Assembly (NCBI GenBank): GCA_025594325.1
Contig: JANHCV010000004.1
Span: 1,116,001-1,180,000, forward strand
Source of the DNA: Blastocladiella emersonii ATCC 22665
Taxonomy: Eukaryota; Fungi; Blastocladiomycota
DNA: 64,000 bases
Direction: 5' to 3'
The notes under the pieces were generated by a model that searched no databases, had not been told where the DNA came from, and was given only the letters and a program-made list of their open reading frames with translations. Shown here in pieces: positions 12,230-24,619 of this stretch (within the stretch, counting starts at the first letter, position 1; every line of letters begins with the position of its first letter). A program made the position numbers and the translations under genes.

Positions 12230-15200
12230 ATGCCCGTGTCCGTGTTCGTGACCGACGTCGACACGCCGATCGCGCACCAGGTCTCGCGGCGTCTCGCCGC
12301 GACCAAGGTCGGTTCGCGCCGCCCCGCGCCATCCGACGGCGAGGATGGCGGCGGGAACGGGGACGACGACCGTGGCAACGCGGGTGGGGACGAGGAGGGC
12401 GACGACAAGGGCCGGCTCGGCGGCCGCATGAAGGGCCTGACGGGCGGCGGCGACGCGGCCGCCGACATGTACATGGTCTCGGGCACGTGCAAGTTCCGGG
12501 TCTCGGACGAGGACGATATCCCCGAGGAGCTCCAGACCGACTCGTTCGACCTCGTCGGCAAGACGGCCGAGACGCGCGACCTCATGGCGTCGATCAGTAC
12601 GCCCGGGCGGCCGGCGAGTCATATTGTTGCTACGGTTCCGGTACGGCTCGTCAAACCCGATCGCGGAGAAGGGGAAGTACTGACGCGAGCTTGCGAGAGT
12701 GTAGCGCTTCGACAAGGAGGCTCTCAAGCAGGCCATTCTCGACTCCAAGGTCATCATTGTCGACTTTATCAACAGTATCGACGACGTGCCGTTCATCCTC
12801 CAGGGTACGCTTCAGCTGCGCCCGCGTCTCGATTTCGCTACTAATCCCCCAAAACTAGTCCTCAACGACAACGCGGCCATGTTCGTCGACGACCCCAAGA
12901 CCGTCATCGCGCTGTCCACGGTCATGACGTGGGGCCGGACCAAGCCCGATCCCGTACAACGCTTCCCCGCGCCCATCGCCCCACCGTGATCACGTACTGA
13001 ACAATCCGTCGTAATTAGGAGGACCCGGACGCGCCGCTCGCCGAGGACGAGTACCGGCGGCGCAAGCCGCACCCGAACTTCCGCACGCACGTCCAGCTCG
13101 AAAAGGAGTGGGCCAAGCTGGCCAAGAAGGAGTGCTACCGCGCGTACATCGTATTCGCGGGGCTCGTGTACCACGTCGGCGACTCGGTGTTCCACCCGAT
13201 GCTCAAGGCCGCGTGGCACGGCAGCGACGTGCTCGTGTACGGCGAGGGCGAGAATTTCTTGCCCATGATCCACCTCGAGGACCTGTGCGAACTGCTCGTC
13301 CTGCTCGTCGAGAAGACGCCCGACGCCAAGTACGTTCTCGCCGTCGACGACTCGCGCGTGACCTACGGCGACGTCGCGCGCACCATCTCGCAGACGCTCG
13401 GCAACGGCAAGGTCAAGGGCGTCCCCAAGGAGCAGGCGGTGCTCGACCGCGACCTCAACCAGACGGCGCGCGACCTGCTCGGCGCCAACCTCAAGTTCGA
13501 GGCCACCATCGTCAAGAAGCTCGGCATCAAGTGGAAGTGCGAGTCGGGCCTGCTCGAGAACATGGCCAAGTTCGTCGACGAGTTCCGCCGCGGCCGCGGG
13601 CTCGTCCCGCTCAAGGTCGTCCTGCTCGGCCCGCCGTGCATTGGCAAGACCCACTACGCGCAGAAACTCGCCAACCACTACAAGCTCCCGCTCCTCGACG
13701 TCGACGCCGTCATGCGCGAGACCATGGACCGCCTCGCCCGCCGCGTCCAGCTCGGCATGGCGCTGCTCGCCAGCGAGAGCGGCGGCGCGCCGCCCGGCGA
13801 CGGTGGGGCCGACGGCGCGTCTGCTGAGGCCCGCATGGCCGCTCTCGCCGCGGCGGCCGCCGCCGAGCAGGTCGACCCCGCCGACATGGACGGCGAGCGC
13901 GAGCTGCTGGAGGAGCTCACCGAGTTCACCAAGAACAACGGCGGCGCGTACCCGGACGTGCACGTCACGTCGTTCCTCCGCGCCAAGCTCGCCAGCATGG
14001 CGTGCCAGAACCAGGGGTACATCCTCGACGGGTACCCGGCGACGCGCGGCGCCGCGGCCGCGCTGCTGCGCAAGGACGACGGCGAGGGCGGCGGCGGTGT
14101 GGGTGGGTCCGGCGGCGCGTCGGGCGGGATGGGCGGCGGCGGCGAGGGCAGCGGCGAGGACGAGGAGGGCGCGCGGCCCGTGCTCGACACCACGCTTGTC
14201 CCCGGCCACGTCATCGTCCTCGACGCGCCCGACGAGTGGATCAAGGACCGCGCCATGCAGCGGCCCGAGACCGAGGTCACCCCGCGCACGTCCGAGGAGG
14301 GGCTCACGGCGCGACTCGCAGAGTACCGCGCGCGCAACACGGACGAGAGCACGGTGCTCAACCTCTTTGACGAGGCCGAGATCCACCCCGCCTTCTTCAA
14401 CGTCGTCACCGGCGCCGCGGGACCCGTCACGGGCGTCATGTCCCTAATCGTGCCGAGCGGCGCGGCCGGGCAGGGCGCCGGGAACTCGGGGTCCACGATT
14501 GCCGGCGGCGCGAGCACGCTCGCGGGAAGCTCGGCGGGCGGACTGCTTGCTGGCGCTTCTGGATCCGGCGCGAGTGGGTCGGGCAACGCGCAGTCCGGGC
14601 CCAACTCGACCGGTGCCGGCAGCGGCGCGCAGGGGTCGGGCAGTAACTGCGGCAGCGGCGCGGTCGGCTCGGCCAAGCCCGTCGACCTCATGCTCGAGCT
14701 CATCAAGCTCCTCGGCAAGCCGCACAACTACGGCCCGTCCAAGGAGGACATTGCGCTGCGCAAACGCGTCAAGGCCGAGGAGGCGGCCAAGATCGCGCAG
14801 CGCATGGAGCAGGAGGAGCGCACGCGCCAGGAGGAGGAACGCGAGCGGCACGCCAAGGCGGTTGCTGACTGGGTACGTGCGACGCTCTCGATTCGCTTAC
14901 GCGGCCATCACTAACGCGTTGCCTTGCGTGCGAGTGTAGAACGCCAAGCTCGACGAGGTCAAGCGTCAGGAGCAGCAGGTCCTCGAGGCGCAGTCGCTCC
15001 CGCTGCGGCACTACCTGATGCAGCACGTCATGCCCGTGCTCAGCAGCGGCCTCATGGAGGTGTGCAAGGTCCGCCCCGAGGACCCCATCGACTACCTCGC
15101 CGAGTACCTGTTCCGCCACGCGCCTGTCTCGACGCCCGGCATGGACCCGCTCGCCGCCATGGGCCTCCACAGCAACATGTCGCTCAACGCCGGATCGCCC

Positions 15201-15428
15201 GTCGGCGGGCTGCACGCGGGCGCTGCCATCGGCCAGTCCGCGCGCTCGCTCGGCGGCAGCGTCGACCTCCCGCCAACCGTGACGGGGTCGCGCAGCCCAA
15301 GCTCCGCGGCGCGGCCGTCGAGCGGGAAGAAGCAGACCGTGCTCCCGCCCATCGGCGCGGCGGCGAGTACGAGCAAGCTCGCGGGGTCCGGGACAATTGT
15401 TGACCCCGCACCAGGATCTGCCGTTTGA
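12230..15428 (+). CDS. AK7: Adenylate kinase 7 (axonemal; Rossmann-like N-terminus, AK domain, Dpy-30 motif; multi-exon)
   Basis: [21 protein letters not shown]-loop [16 protein letters not shown], Dpy-30 motif [38 protein letters not shown]. Confidence 0.92.
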
Positions 15429-15740
15429 TGCGATTCATTTGCCGTATTTCTCAACTTGGAAGTGTTTCCACTCCTCATGTTTCCCAGCTTTCGCGACTAT
15501 TTTGAGGTCGTCCGTCAGTCGCCCGCGGGTCGGAGACATGGACTTGCCTTTGACGGCGAGGCAGGACTGGAATAGCGACGGACGCGTTGCTGGCCGGGGC
15601 GTGGCCATGGTCGTGTTCCGTTGTCCTTTGCCCGAGAATGGTGGTAAAAAGAGCGGCGCATGCCTCAGCACCGCCCTCTCTCTCGAATACTACCGGTACA
15701 ACAACAAAGACCATCCCTCCCCGCTCAGAATCAAGCAACC

Positions 15741-15986
15741 ATGAAGTTCGGCGCAGCACCGCTCATCCTCGCCATCGCGGCTCTCCTGATCGTCAGCGTC
15801 AAGGGCGAGGCCATCGGCCTGTTCAGCGATCCCGAGGGCACTACTGCCAAGAGCAACGAGCGCCGTGCGCCGTGCGAGCTCGACTCCAACTGGGACTCGG
15901 CCGGCTGCGGCATCGACATTGGCCAGACCATCGAGATCGTCATCCCGCCGCCCGTCCTGCCGCCGCTCCCGCCGCGCAACTACTAG
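15741..15986 (+). CDS. Small secreted protein (81 aa)
   Basis: MKFGAAPLILAIAALLIVSVKG signal peptide; host-like codons; CAACC-ATG context; two Cys; Pro-rich tail. Confidence 0.7.
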   Translation: MKFGAAPLILAIAALLIVSVKGEAIGLFSDPEGTTAKSNERRAPCELDSNWDSAGCGIDIGQTIEIVIPPPVLPPLPPRNY

Positions 15987-16227
15987 TCCAAGATGGGCAA
16001 GTCGCTAGCGAGTTTGTTTCTGACGTTCATTTCCTTGCCCGCAACCTTACGCCTCGCGCGACGTGTTCGAGAATGGAGCGCGAGACGCTTCGCGACATCA
16101 CGTTCCTCGCATGATCGCCATCAAATAATACGCGAAATGATCCATTCCTAGCACAAACTTGATGGTCGGGTGAAGGCGGGATACATAACGAGCAAATTGG
16201 GACCCAAACGCCTAGAGTTGAGGTGCT

Positions 16228-17910
16228 TTACTCGTCAACCTTTGCTGCCTCGAACGGCACCCAGCCGCGACCGCGGCCTGCGTACATCAAGACCCGCGGC
16301 GGAGTGTCCGGCTCCGGATCCGCGGACGGGTCTTGACCCTCGACTACTGGAAGCGGCACCGATTGCACAGCTGGCTCAGTGAAAGGCCCAAGACCGCCCT
16401 CGACGGCCGTCACGTCCAAGAGCCAGCGAACGGGATCACCAGGTGGAAGCTCGCCGTCCTTTATCGAGGCGCGGAGTATGTCTTTGAAGCCGTCGTAATC
16501 GGCAAGCAAGCGAAGCAACGATTCGGTCTCGGCCTCGATCAAACCAGCGATGATAACTGCGCCGTGGTAAGCGTTGGTCGCGAGCAGCACCGATTTCGGC
16601 GTGTTCTCGATCACGATGCGGATCCGATCGAGCATAAACGCAAGCTGATCGGTCTTGAGTATACACTTTGCAAGCGCTGCAGGGACGGTCGCAAGTCCCA
16701 CGTTCGGAACTGGCGCTTCCCCCACTCTTACAGCTAGAGCGCTGAGAATCGCCGAGTCGCCCGCAATGAGCGAATCCATCAAGCTTTGGACAATCCATCA
16801 AGCTCTGGACAATCCGAGGGTTGCCCGTGTTGATCGCCTCGGCAAGAATCCGCCAAGGCATCCCGCGCGACAGATAAAAGGCGAGTGCACGAATTCAATT
16901 GACCGAACCGTGACGGATAGCAATGGTAACGAGGCCAGCTGCGCGGGAGCGGCGCGAAATCGTTAAGTCCCCTGCGTCGAGGAGACCTGCTCGAATTGAG
17001 AAAGGACTCGATCGTAATCGCCACGGATAGCAAGGAAGATAACAGTATTGCACGCTTCAAAAATCTCGGGGCGAGTGCTGGGCGTGCCTTTGGCGTGCAT
17101 GTGCGGGAGCACGGACCGCACCAGTTCAGCGTCACCGAAGATAGCTGCGATGGAAAGCTCTGCGGACAGCCGAATTTTTTCGTTGAAATAAGCCCATCTT
17201 TGCTCCGGCGGGATGGCACGAAATGGGACGTTGAGAAATTCAGTGAGTGAGAGGTCGGCATGGGGTAGAGGTTCAAACGCTGGATTTTGATCTGCAATCA
17301 CGGCGCGGAACAGGTCAAAGCGTTTGAGAGCAATGTCGCTCCATATTTTCGTCCCGTGAGCCACTAACACGCGCAAGATTCGATGGAAGTCGGGAACAGC
17401 GTCGCTGGGCGAGTTGAGCCGATCAAGGGCGGAAATTACAGCTTTCATAGCTGCCTTGTAAATTTACGAACGAGCTTCATCGACCGAACTAAAACTTTCC
17501 GGAGAGTCGGGAATGAGAGAAAATCGCGGCTGGGGGTCGATGAGGTAGCGGCGGACGATGGCAACGTCGCCGTGAGACGCTGCATAATCGAGAGCATGTC
17601 CGTTGTTTTCAAGTGGGTCAACGAGCGGTGAGTCATGGAGCTGGTTGAGGACGGAGATGCGGTCGCCTTGCGCATCGTATAAAGGGCCACCTGTAACAGG
17701 ATCCGTAGCCCACTGGTGCTCGTCTTGGTCGAGGCACCAATGCAAGTGCTCGGCAGCGAACGGCGTCATGGTGAAATTGGCAGCAAATTCATGGCACGTC
17801 GCGCGAAGCCGAGCGGTTTCAGTCGCGCCAAGGAACGGGCGAAGCGTAGCGAGCACAACCGCTGGCATGTTCCCAAGCGATGGATCTGAATCTTGCAGCA
17901 AGTTATTCAT
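16228..17910 (-). pseudogene. Decayed F-box-like/ankyrin-like repeat protein, paralog of 43011-44672
   Basis: Collinear with the 43-44.7 kb ORF (MPAVVLATLRPFLGATETAR; LLATN; GELPPGDPVRWLLDVT; MYAGRGRGW) but has an in-frame TAA at 17464-17466 and several frameshifts between 16.75 and 17.0 kb. Confidence 0.85.
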
Positions 17911-20900
17911 TTGCTTAACATCTAGGTGAGTGTGTTGAGCTCGCAGAAGGGAGATGAGGAACGCCGAGCAGAAAACTTCGCCAGATGAAACGAGTCCGGC
18001 GCGCATCACATGAGTGGCGCATCGCGTCGATGCATCACTCAGTTCAGAGTGTCTCCTCTGCGGGGGGTACCCTATCAAACCTTAAAGCACACCGCAAAAA
18101 ATAGACCCTCCCCAAGACGGGGTTGAGGACATGACACAGGCTACGAGGAGCTGATGCCGCGACGGCCGGGGCGAGACCATGAGCTCGCACGGGCTGGTTT
18201 GTTGTGAAAAGGAAGCAATGTGAGGTTTCCGAATCGAGTAGATGGCGAGAATGATCAAAACGTGCTGCGTCGGAACCGATACAAGCAATTGGCGGCCCTT
18301 GTCGCTTGGAGCCGTCGCGACGGCGACTCGGAAAGACATGCGTGGCTCGTGCGCGTCAGCCGGCCGTATTCCAACCTTTACGCTCAAAATAAATGGAGCG
18401 TACTTCCGCGGAACAATTCGTCCTTGTGCAGAACCGCTGATCGTGGCGTCGTCGTGTGTGAGACAAGTATGAACGGAAAAAGTGGTCGAGGATGGTCAAG
18501 TGCGCTACGCAGCGGAAGCGATCGCGCGGTTCACTCAGTTTTTTTTTTTTTTTGCAAGCCACCGTGGGGATGGTCTCGGCCACACGACCTGCAGCAAGTG
18601 GCAATGTGAGCTACCCGCACGTCTCTCCAAATATGAAGGCGGTCAATGGGCGTCCGCGTACCGCGTGGATACCAGTCGCGCGTGCATGCCGGGTACTCCA
18701 CACGAGCGTAAAAGACCGCTGCTGAAACTGCGGGGTCGCGAAACTCAAAAGGCAGGAGCAGGAGCTTGCAAGCGACCAGTGCCTACTCGGAGGAACCAAG
18801 TGCGCGCGCGTCAGTCCACCGTATTCGCAACCACGACGCGCAAAAGAGGTGGAGCGTGGAGTACCGTCACGGAAACGAGTCGTTGTCGTCGTGAAGCACC
18901 GCTGGTCGCGGTGGCGGCAGCGTCGAGGATGGAGGCGAGTACGGGCACGCGGAGGAAGAAGAACTCGAGGCCGTTCGAGTCGAGTCGGCTACACGGCGGA
19001 TGCAGTCGCGCGGCTCGGTCAGTATGAGCCGCCGTGCGGATGGTCTCGTCTCGTCTCGTCTCGGCCACGCGTACCGATATCATCGAGTTGCTGTGTGATC
19101 CGCCCGCGGCCGCGATTCTCCATGAGCTTGACCTCGTCTCGGTCAACGCGTACATGGCTTGGAGCGGTGGTGGAGATGCAGCCGAGGCCGTCCGTGTACG
19201 TGTACGTGTACGAGGCGAGCAGCTGGACGCGGACGAGCGAGCAACGACGCGGTAGCTCGTCGTTACGCTGAGCGCGCGCACGTACAAACACGAGTCGGGT
19301 CGATGCGAGCGAGGAGAAGTAGCGCGGCTTCCATCTACTAACGGTCGTGGAGAACAGACGTCAGCGATCCCGGATTCGCGCGCACGGGTGTGGTGGAGGG
19401 AAAGATGAGGGCGTCACGTTCCAGGTCTGCTACTCGAGTGCTGCTGAGTGTCGGTCGACTCGTTGGTGCCGTAGATCGTCGTCTCTCGTGGATCGTGATG
19501 AGCTCGCAGCCGAACGTCCCGCCGTTCATCTTGATCGTGTAGTTCGTGGCCGTCGCCTCTGCTACACGAAGCCGAAGTTGCTGACGATCACCGAGTCGTA
19601 GCCCTTGATCTCGCGGTCGAGATGCGCGCTCGAGTGCGCGCCGTGGTAGTCGTCAGAGTAGTCGTAGCTGCTGCTGTCGCGCTCTGACGGACCTCGGCCG
19701 GCCGTGTTCCGTTCGGGCAGAATCCATTCCTCTAGACTCGAGCAACGCGTCATTTTTCCCGTGACGACGCGGCGGCAGGAGATCGGTAGCGTACCTTCGG
19801 AGTGGTAGTACCACCGCCCACTGGCGCAGCGGCGGCGGCGGACGCGAACACGGCAATGTCGGCTTGGCGGGGCGCGGATGATGTTGACCTGGATCGACTT
19901 GAAGCGCTGACGGCGTGAGGCGGGATCACGATGTTGCGTGCGCACGCGATGGCCGTCGGACATGACAGCAGCGGAAGCGATCGCGAGAGTGGTCAGTCGG
20001 ACCGTCGCGTGAGTACCTGGTCGAAGCACACACGATGGGTTTCTAGGGCAGCGCGACGAGCGTGCAAGTTGTGAGTGATCGGCTGTGCTCACCGCGGTAT
20101 GCGACCTAAAGTGACACGTCCCAGGTTGAGGGTGACCTGCGACCCTGGAGCCTTAGTCGAGCGACTTGGGCCCTTGCACTTGCGCACGGGCAGAGCCACG
20201 CAATTCTTACTCCAACGGATGCTCGTGAGTGGGGGCGTCGGTCATGACGAAGCCGTAGTTGCGTACCGTCGTCCACGGAAGGCGAGCTTGCCCCTACACG
20301 AACAGCGACGCTCATGTCAGTTCGTGCCGTGCAACGGGTCTTGGATGCACGCGTACCGGGACACCGGGATGGACCCGCTCGCTGCTATCACGCGATCCAT
20401 GTTGAGCTCGACCTGCTTCTTGACTTACAGGTCACTCGGCCAGGGCGACGCGACGCGACGCGATGCGTGTGCGGCCGGAGCGATGTCGGCAAAGATGCGT
20501 CCCGCCCTCACGTGTGTAGCGAGCCTGATGTCGGGACCGGCGCGAGGTTGTCGGGTGCGGTTGCCGGTCGTTGCGGGCCCGACTGACCGGCCATGAGGGA
20601 GAACTCCTCGATGCCGCCGCCGTCTGGACGGACACGCGTAGCGTCAGTAGACATCTCGGCGCGTGCACCTTGTGTACCGGAGGTACAGCAGCCGAGCACG
20701 AGTGTAGCGCGACGCTCGAGATGCAGGCGTTGAGCGCCGACCGGTCGGCATACACATGCTGACGCGCAAGTCAGTTCTGGTTCCGATCGGCGGCCGTGGC
20801 CGTGCGCGTACCGAGCTTGAGCCCCTGCTGGGGCGTAGCCCTGAAGGGCGTAGCGACGCCGTGTCACTCGTCGTGCGACGTGTCGTCGCGCTATGCGGGA

Positions 20901-22855
20901 CGCCAGGACGCGTCCGGTCACGATGCGTCGATGAACAGCCCACGCGTATTGGCCCGCCTACGCACGGGTACGGGTTGCGTGCACGTCGAGCGAGTTTGCG
21001 TGGTGTTGCAGAAGCGCGAGGTGGAAGGCGGGGAGTCGATAGCGTCAAGGAGACAACCGGTTCGAAGAAGGAGCGTTGCCCGTAACGCGTAAGCGCGACG
21101 CGTTCTGGAGACAAGCGTGACTGGCGCGCGCGCGCACGTCAAGGCGTCGCGTCTCCCGCGGCCGCGAGACAATGCGTGACTTTCATGTGGCACTGTGACG
21201 CGGCAACTTTCGCCCCGCACAGTTTTACCATGAATGCAAGGGCTTCCAACAAGTCGTGGTACTAGAGGCACTCGCACCATTTCGAACCAGAGGTCGCCCC
21301 GATCGCCTGCCGCCTCGGCACGCTCGGGAAGCTGTTTGCCGGTTTCGGTAGCCAGCGAGCATGAGAACTCCACCTTGGGCCCAGCTAGACGTCGTCCATG
21401 ATACGCTGAGCCAGTCACGCGAGGAGATCCGCCTGCCGTCGCGTCGCCGCCCTGCGCCCGATCGCCACTGCTCTGCACTCAAACCTCAGAGCTGCTCACA
21501 TCCACAACTCATCCACTCCATGGCGCCCACAACCGACCGGGTCCCACGACCCGATCGACTTCGCGGCTCCCCGTCCGCCTCGGTCTGTCGCGGGCCACTT
21601 GCCACCGCGGCGCCAGTGGCTCCGACAGCGGCATTCTTACATGTTGCTCCATGAGTTCGAGAAGAAGAGCGTGGAATGAAGAGCGCTGCAACTGCTTCCC
21701 CCAAGGACGCGTTCCGATGCAACGCGCACGCCGTTGCCCCTTGCGCGCGCCGCATGTGAACGCCGCGAACACGGACCGCGTTGGCTCACGCGATCGTCGC
21801 GCTTCTCCCTTGCAACACGCTCGTCAAGCATGTCCAGGCGTCGCTCCGCTGTTGCCCTGGCAGCTGCTCTCGCGGTGAGGCGTCGACGTGCCCGAGGCCG
21901 CCCATGAACGCCACGTCGGGCCAGCCGTCGTCGTCTCGCCCCTCACACCGCTCCGAAGCAAACGCATCGAATGGAACCCAACCGCAACTTGCTGCATTTT
22001 GTCGTCCAGATGTTCATGACTCTGTGGTTGGCACAGCCGGGCGGGATCCGGTGTTGGCCGTGCAGCGCCTGAGCGCGCATGCCGCACTCAGCAGGTTGGT
22101 CGGGTGGGCGTTCCCACGCTCAGCGATCGGGCACAACGGCATCTAGGTGTACGAGACCAAGGCGGTCGTAGACGGGCTGCACGGCGACTACCATCGCGTC
22201 AAGGAGTTGCTGTACGAGCTTGAGAAGCGCCCGTTGACAAGCTGCGCGATGCAACGATAGTCGCCGTCGCGATCTTGTTCCTTAGTTTTTGGATCGCGCT
22301 CGGCGGTGCGGCCTCTCTACGGCGCTGTTCTACCGCCTGCGCGCCACGTTCATCGCCTCGGCACAACGCTGCGGACTTTCACGGGCAACACAGGCATCAT
22401 CGGCGGCAGCGTCGGCCTCGGCAAGAGCGCCGCCGCCACCACGGCCGACCTCATGAAGAAGGCCGACTCGTTTGTCGTCGGCCGCGCGAGAGCTTGCCGC
22501 CGCTCGTCTCGGGCCGCGTCCAGGCGCCGCCCCGCGTGTTTGAGTGTAGTTCGAGCGCGCGCCAACCGCGCTGCATCGCCGCCCATCATGTATCATTACC
22601 CATCCCGATGATCGTTAGATTGACCAAATTCATTCCGTACGTTTCTGACCTGCCCTTTCCCATGTCGAGCGTGGTGCGCGCGGTGCGAACGTCCTTGAAA
22701 CGCGACGCGATGTGGCTCTGCTCGGCCAGCCGCCGCGCCACCTCGGGCTGACTCCCCTCGGACCACTCACCGCCTTGCTCATCTTGCTGTTCATAAGGGC
22801 GACTGACTGGAACGGCGAGGATCGAAGAAGCTGAGAGCTCACTGAGCAGCTACGC

Positions 22856-22862
22856 TATAAAA
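22856..22862 (+). promoter_or_regulatory. TATA box upstream of the 22954 ORF
   Basis: TATAAAA about 90 bp upstream of ATG, followed by a pyrimidine-rich leader. Confidence 0.5.
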
Positions 22863-22953
22863 CTCGGCCGAGCCCCCACTTCCCTCCAGCTCTTGTTCCT
22901 CAACCCTTCAACAGGACCCTCTCATCGCAGACTCTGTTCCCTATACGACCATC

Positions 22954-23940
22954 ATGTCTGCCTCGATCGCTCTTGCCGCCCCCGTCTCGCCGTCGTCCAA
23001 GTCGCCCGTGTCCTCGGTCAAGCACTCGCTCCGCGTCGTGGTCGCTCCCGCGAACGGCACCAGTAGCTGCAACGTGCCCGGGAACAAGGTTGCCGACAAC
23101 GAGTGCGCCGTCGACTCGACGCCGACCCCTACGGTCGGCACCCTCAAGGACCGCTTCGAGCAGCTCGCGTCTGCTCCAAGCTCGCCCGCCGGCACCAGCC
23201 CGCGCTCGGCCTGCTCGCGGTCCTCGGACCAGGTCCACGTCGTCAAGTTCATCGGCGACAACGGCCACTTCGTGCAGGGCGACGACACCATCAAGTCCAA
23301 GTCGGCTCCGGCGGGTCCCGCGACGGCGGCGGCGGTCGTGCTCGGGACGCTCGCGGGGGTTCATGTGGCTACCCTGCGTGCTTCCTTTGAGCCCACGACC
23401 GTCGCTGTGGCTGCTGTCGCTCCCGTCACCCCGGCTACCGACGTCCCGGCTGCCGTCGACACCCTCGCGTCGACTGCGGCGCCCATCAAGGAGATCGTCT
23501 CGTGCCCCGTCCCCGTCGCTGCTGCCCCTACCGCCGAGAAGAAGCGTAGCGCCGCTGGCAAAGTGCTGCGCTGGGTCCGCCGCCGTGCTGGCCACCGTGG
23601 CAGTGCGTCTCCGGCCGCGGTGGACCCCGAGGTCAAGGTGGTGGTGGCGGCGGAGGCCGTCGAGGCCAACGTCGCGAACGTCGTCGGCTCGAACCTGGCC
23701 GTCCTGTCGGCCGCGCTCGGGTCCGATCAGACGCTGGTTGACAACCACGAGTCGACCTCCCGCTGGTCGTCCTTCAAGGCCCGGATCGGCAGCCTCCTGG
23801 GCGGTGCATCCAGTACCGTCAAGGCGTCCGCCGTCTCGTCCGAGTCCAAGCCGCACCCGATCAAGCGTGGCGGCGTCAAGGTTCTCCCCACCACCCCGTC
23901 GCCTGTCGTGGTCCTGCGGTCCGCTGCCCTTGTTTCTTGA
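22954..23940 (+). CDS. Hypothetical Ala/Ser/Val-rich protein (328 aa), intronless
   Basis: Open frame with GC3 bias, CATC-ATG context, upstream TATA, T-rich 3' flank; no recognised domain. Confidence 0.65.
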   Translation: MSASIALAAPVSPSSKSPVSSVKHSLRVVVAPANGTSSCNVPGNKVADNECAVDSTPTPTVGTLKDRFEQLASAPSSPAGTSPRSACSRSSDQVHVVKFIGDNGHFVQGDDTIKSKSAPAGPATAAAVVLGTLAGVHVATLRASFEPTTVAVAAVAPVTPATDVPAAVDTLASTAAPIKEIVSCPVPVAAAPTAEKKRSAAGKVLRWVRRRAGHRGSASPAAVDPEVKVVVAAEAVEANVANVVGSNLAVLSAALGSDQTLVDNHESTSRWSSFKARIGSLLGGASSTVKASAVSSESKPHPIKRGGVKVLPTTPSPVVVLRSAALVS

Positions 23941-24520
23941 GTCTTCTCTTTTGTGTTTCAGTTCGTGATACCTATCATCTAAACCGAAATCTCTGCTGTT
24001 TGCCTGTTTCGCGTGTAATTTGATCTCGTCTTGTTCGCATTCATTCTCGATGGTCTTTCGACTTTGACTTTGGCTTTGACGTTGTGATGCGTTCTGTGAT
24101 TCAGGTGCGAGTAATGTGTACCGTTGAGCTCCAATCAAGGCATACCGACAGTATCTTGTCGAGCCGGTGGCCATGTGGAACACACCGCGTTGCTCACGCA
24201 GCGGCTGCGCCACCCGGGGCTAAGCCACCACCACTGCCACTCGGTCGCACTCTGGCGCTTCCTGCTTCCACGGCTTCCCTTCCGCTTGCATCTCGTCTTC
24301 TCAGGTCGCCGTTGACAGCGGACGGTGCGCCGGATTCCGGGAGGATCCGCAGCGGACGCTGACCGCACCTGCAGCTTTCCGGTAGAACGACGGCGCGCGG
24401 CGGTGCGTCCCCACTTCTGTGAACCGCACCCCGGGACGCCTCACCGCCACGCCTATGCTCTGGAGTCGAACGCTTCGCACACGAAGACTCAAGGATAAGG
24501 TCGCACGCAGCGCCGGGTGC

Positions 24521-24528
24521 TATAAGTA
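24521..24528 (+). promoter_or_regulatory. TATA-like box upstream of the QSQS gene
   Basis: TATAAGTA about 90 bp upstream of ATG 24620, same spacing as at 22856. Confidence 0.45.
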
Positions 24529-24619
24529 CGGGCCGCTCCCCCGCTTCCTCAGACGACCGAGTTGATCATCAGCTCCTCGTTCAACGACACCACGCCCACA
24601 CTGCCAACACATCCTCAAG

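Noticed and set aside
18478-18552. tRNA/SINE-like sequence (A-box-like TGGTCGAGGATGG, B-box-like GGTTCACTC, T-run)
   Set aside because: No cloverleaf or acceptor stem can be folded; no TSD or second copy; the poly-T could be a simple homopolymer.
21073-21090. RFX X-box-like GTTGCCCGTAAC
   Set aside because: Imperfect match and not near any ciliary gene start.
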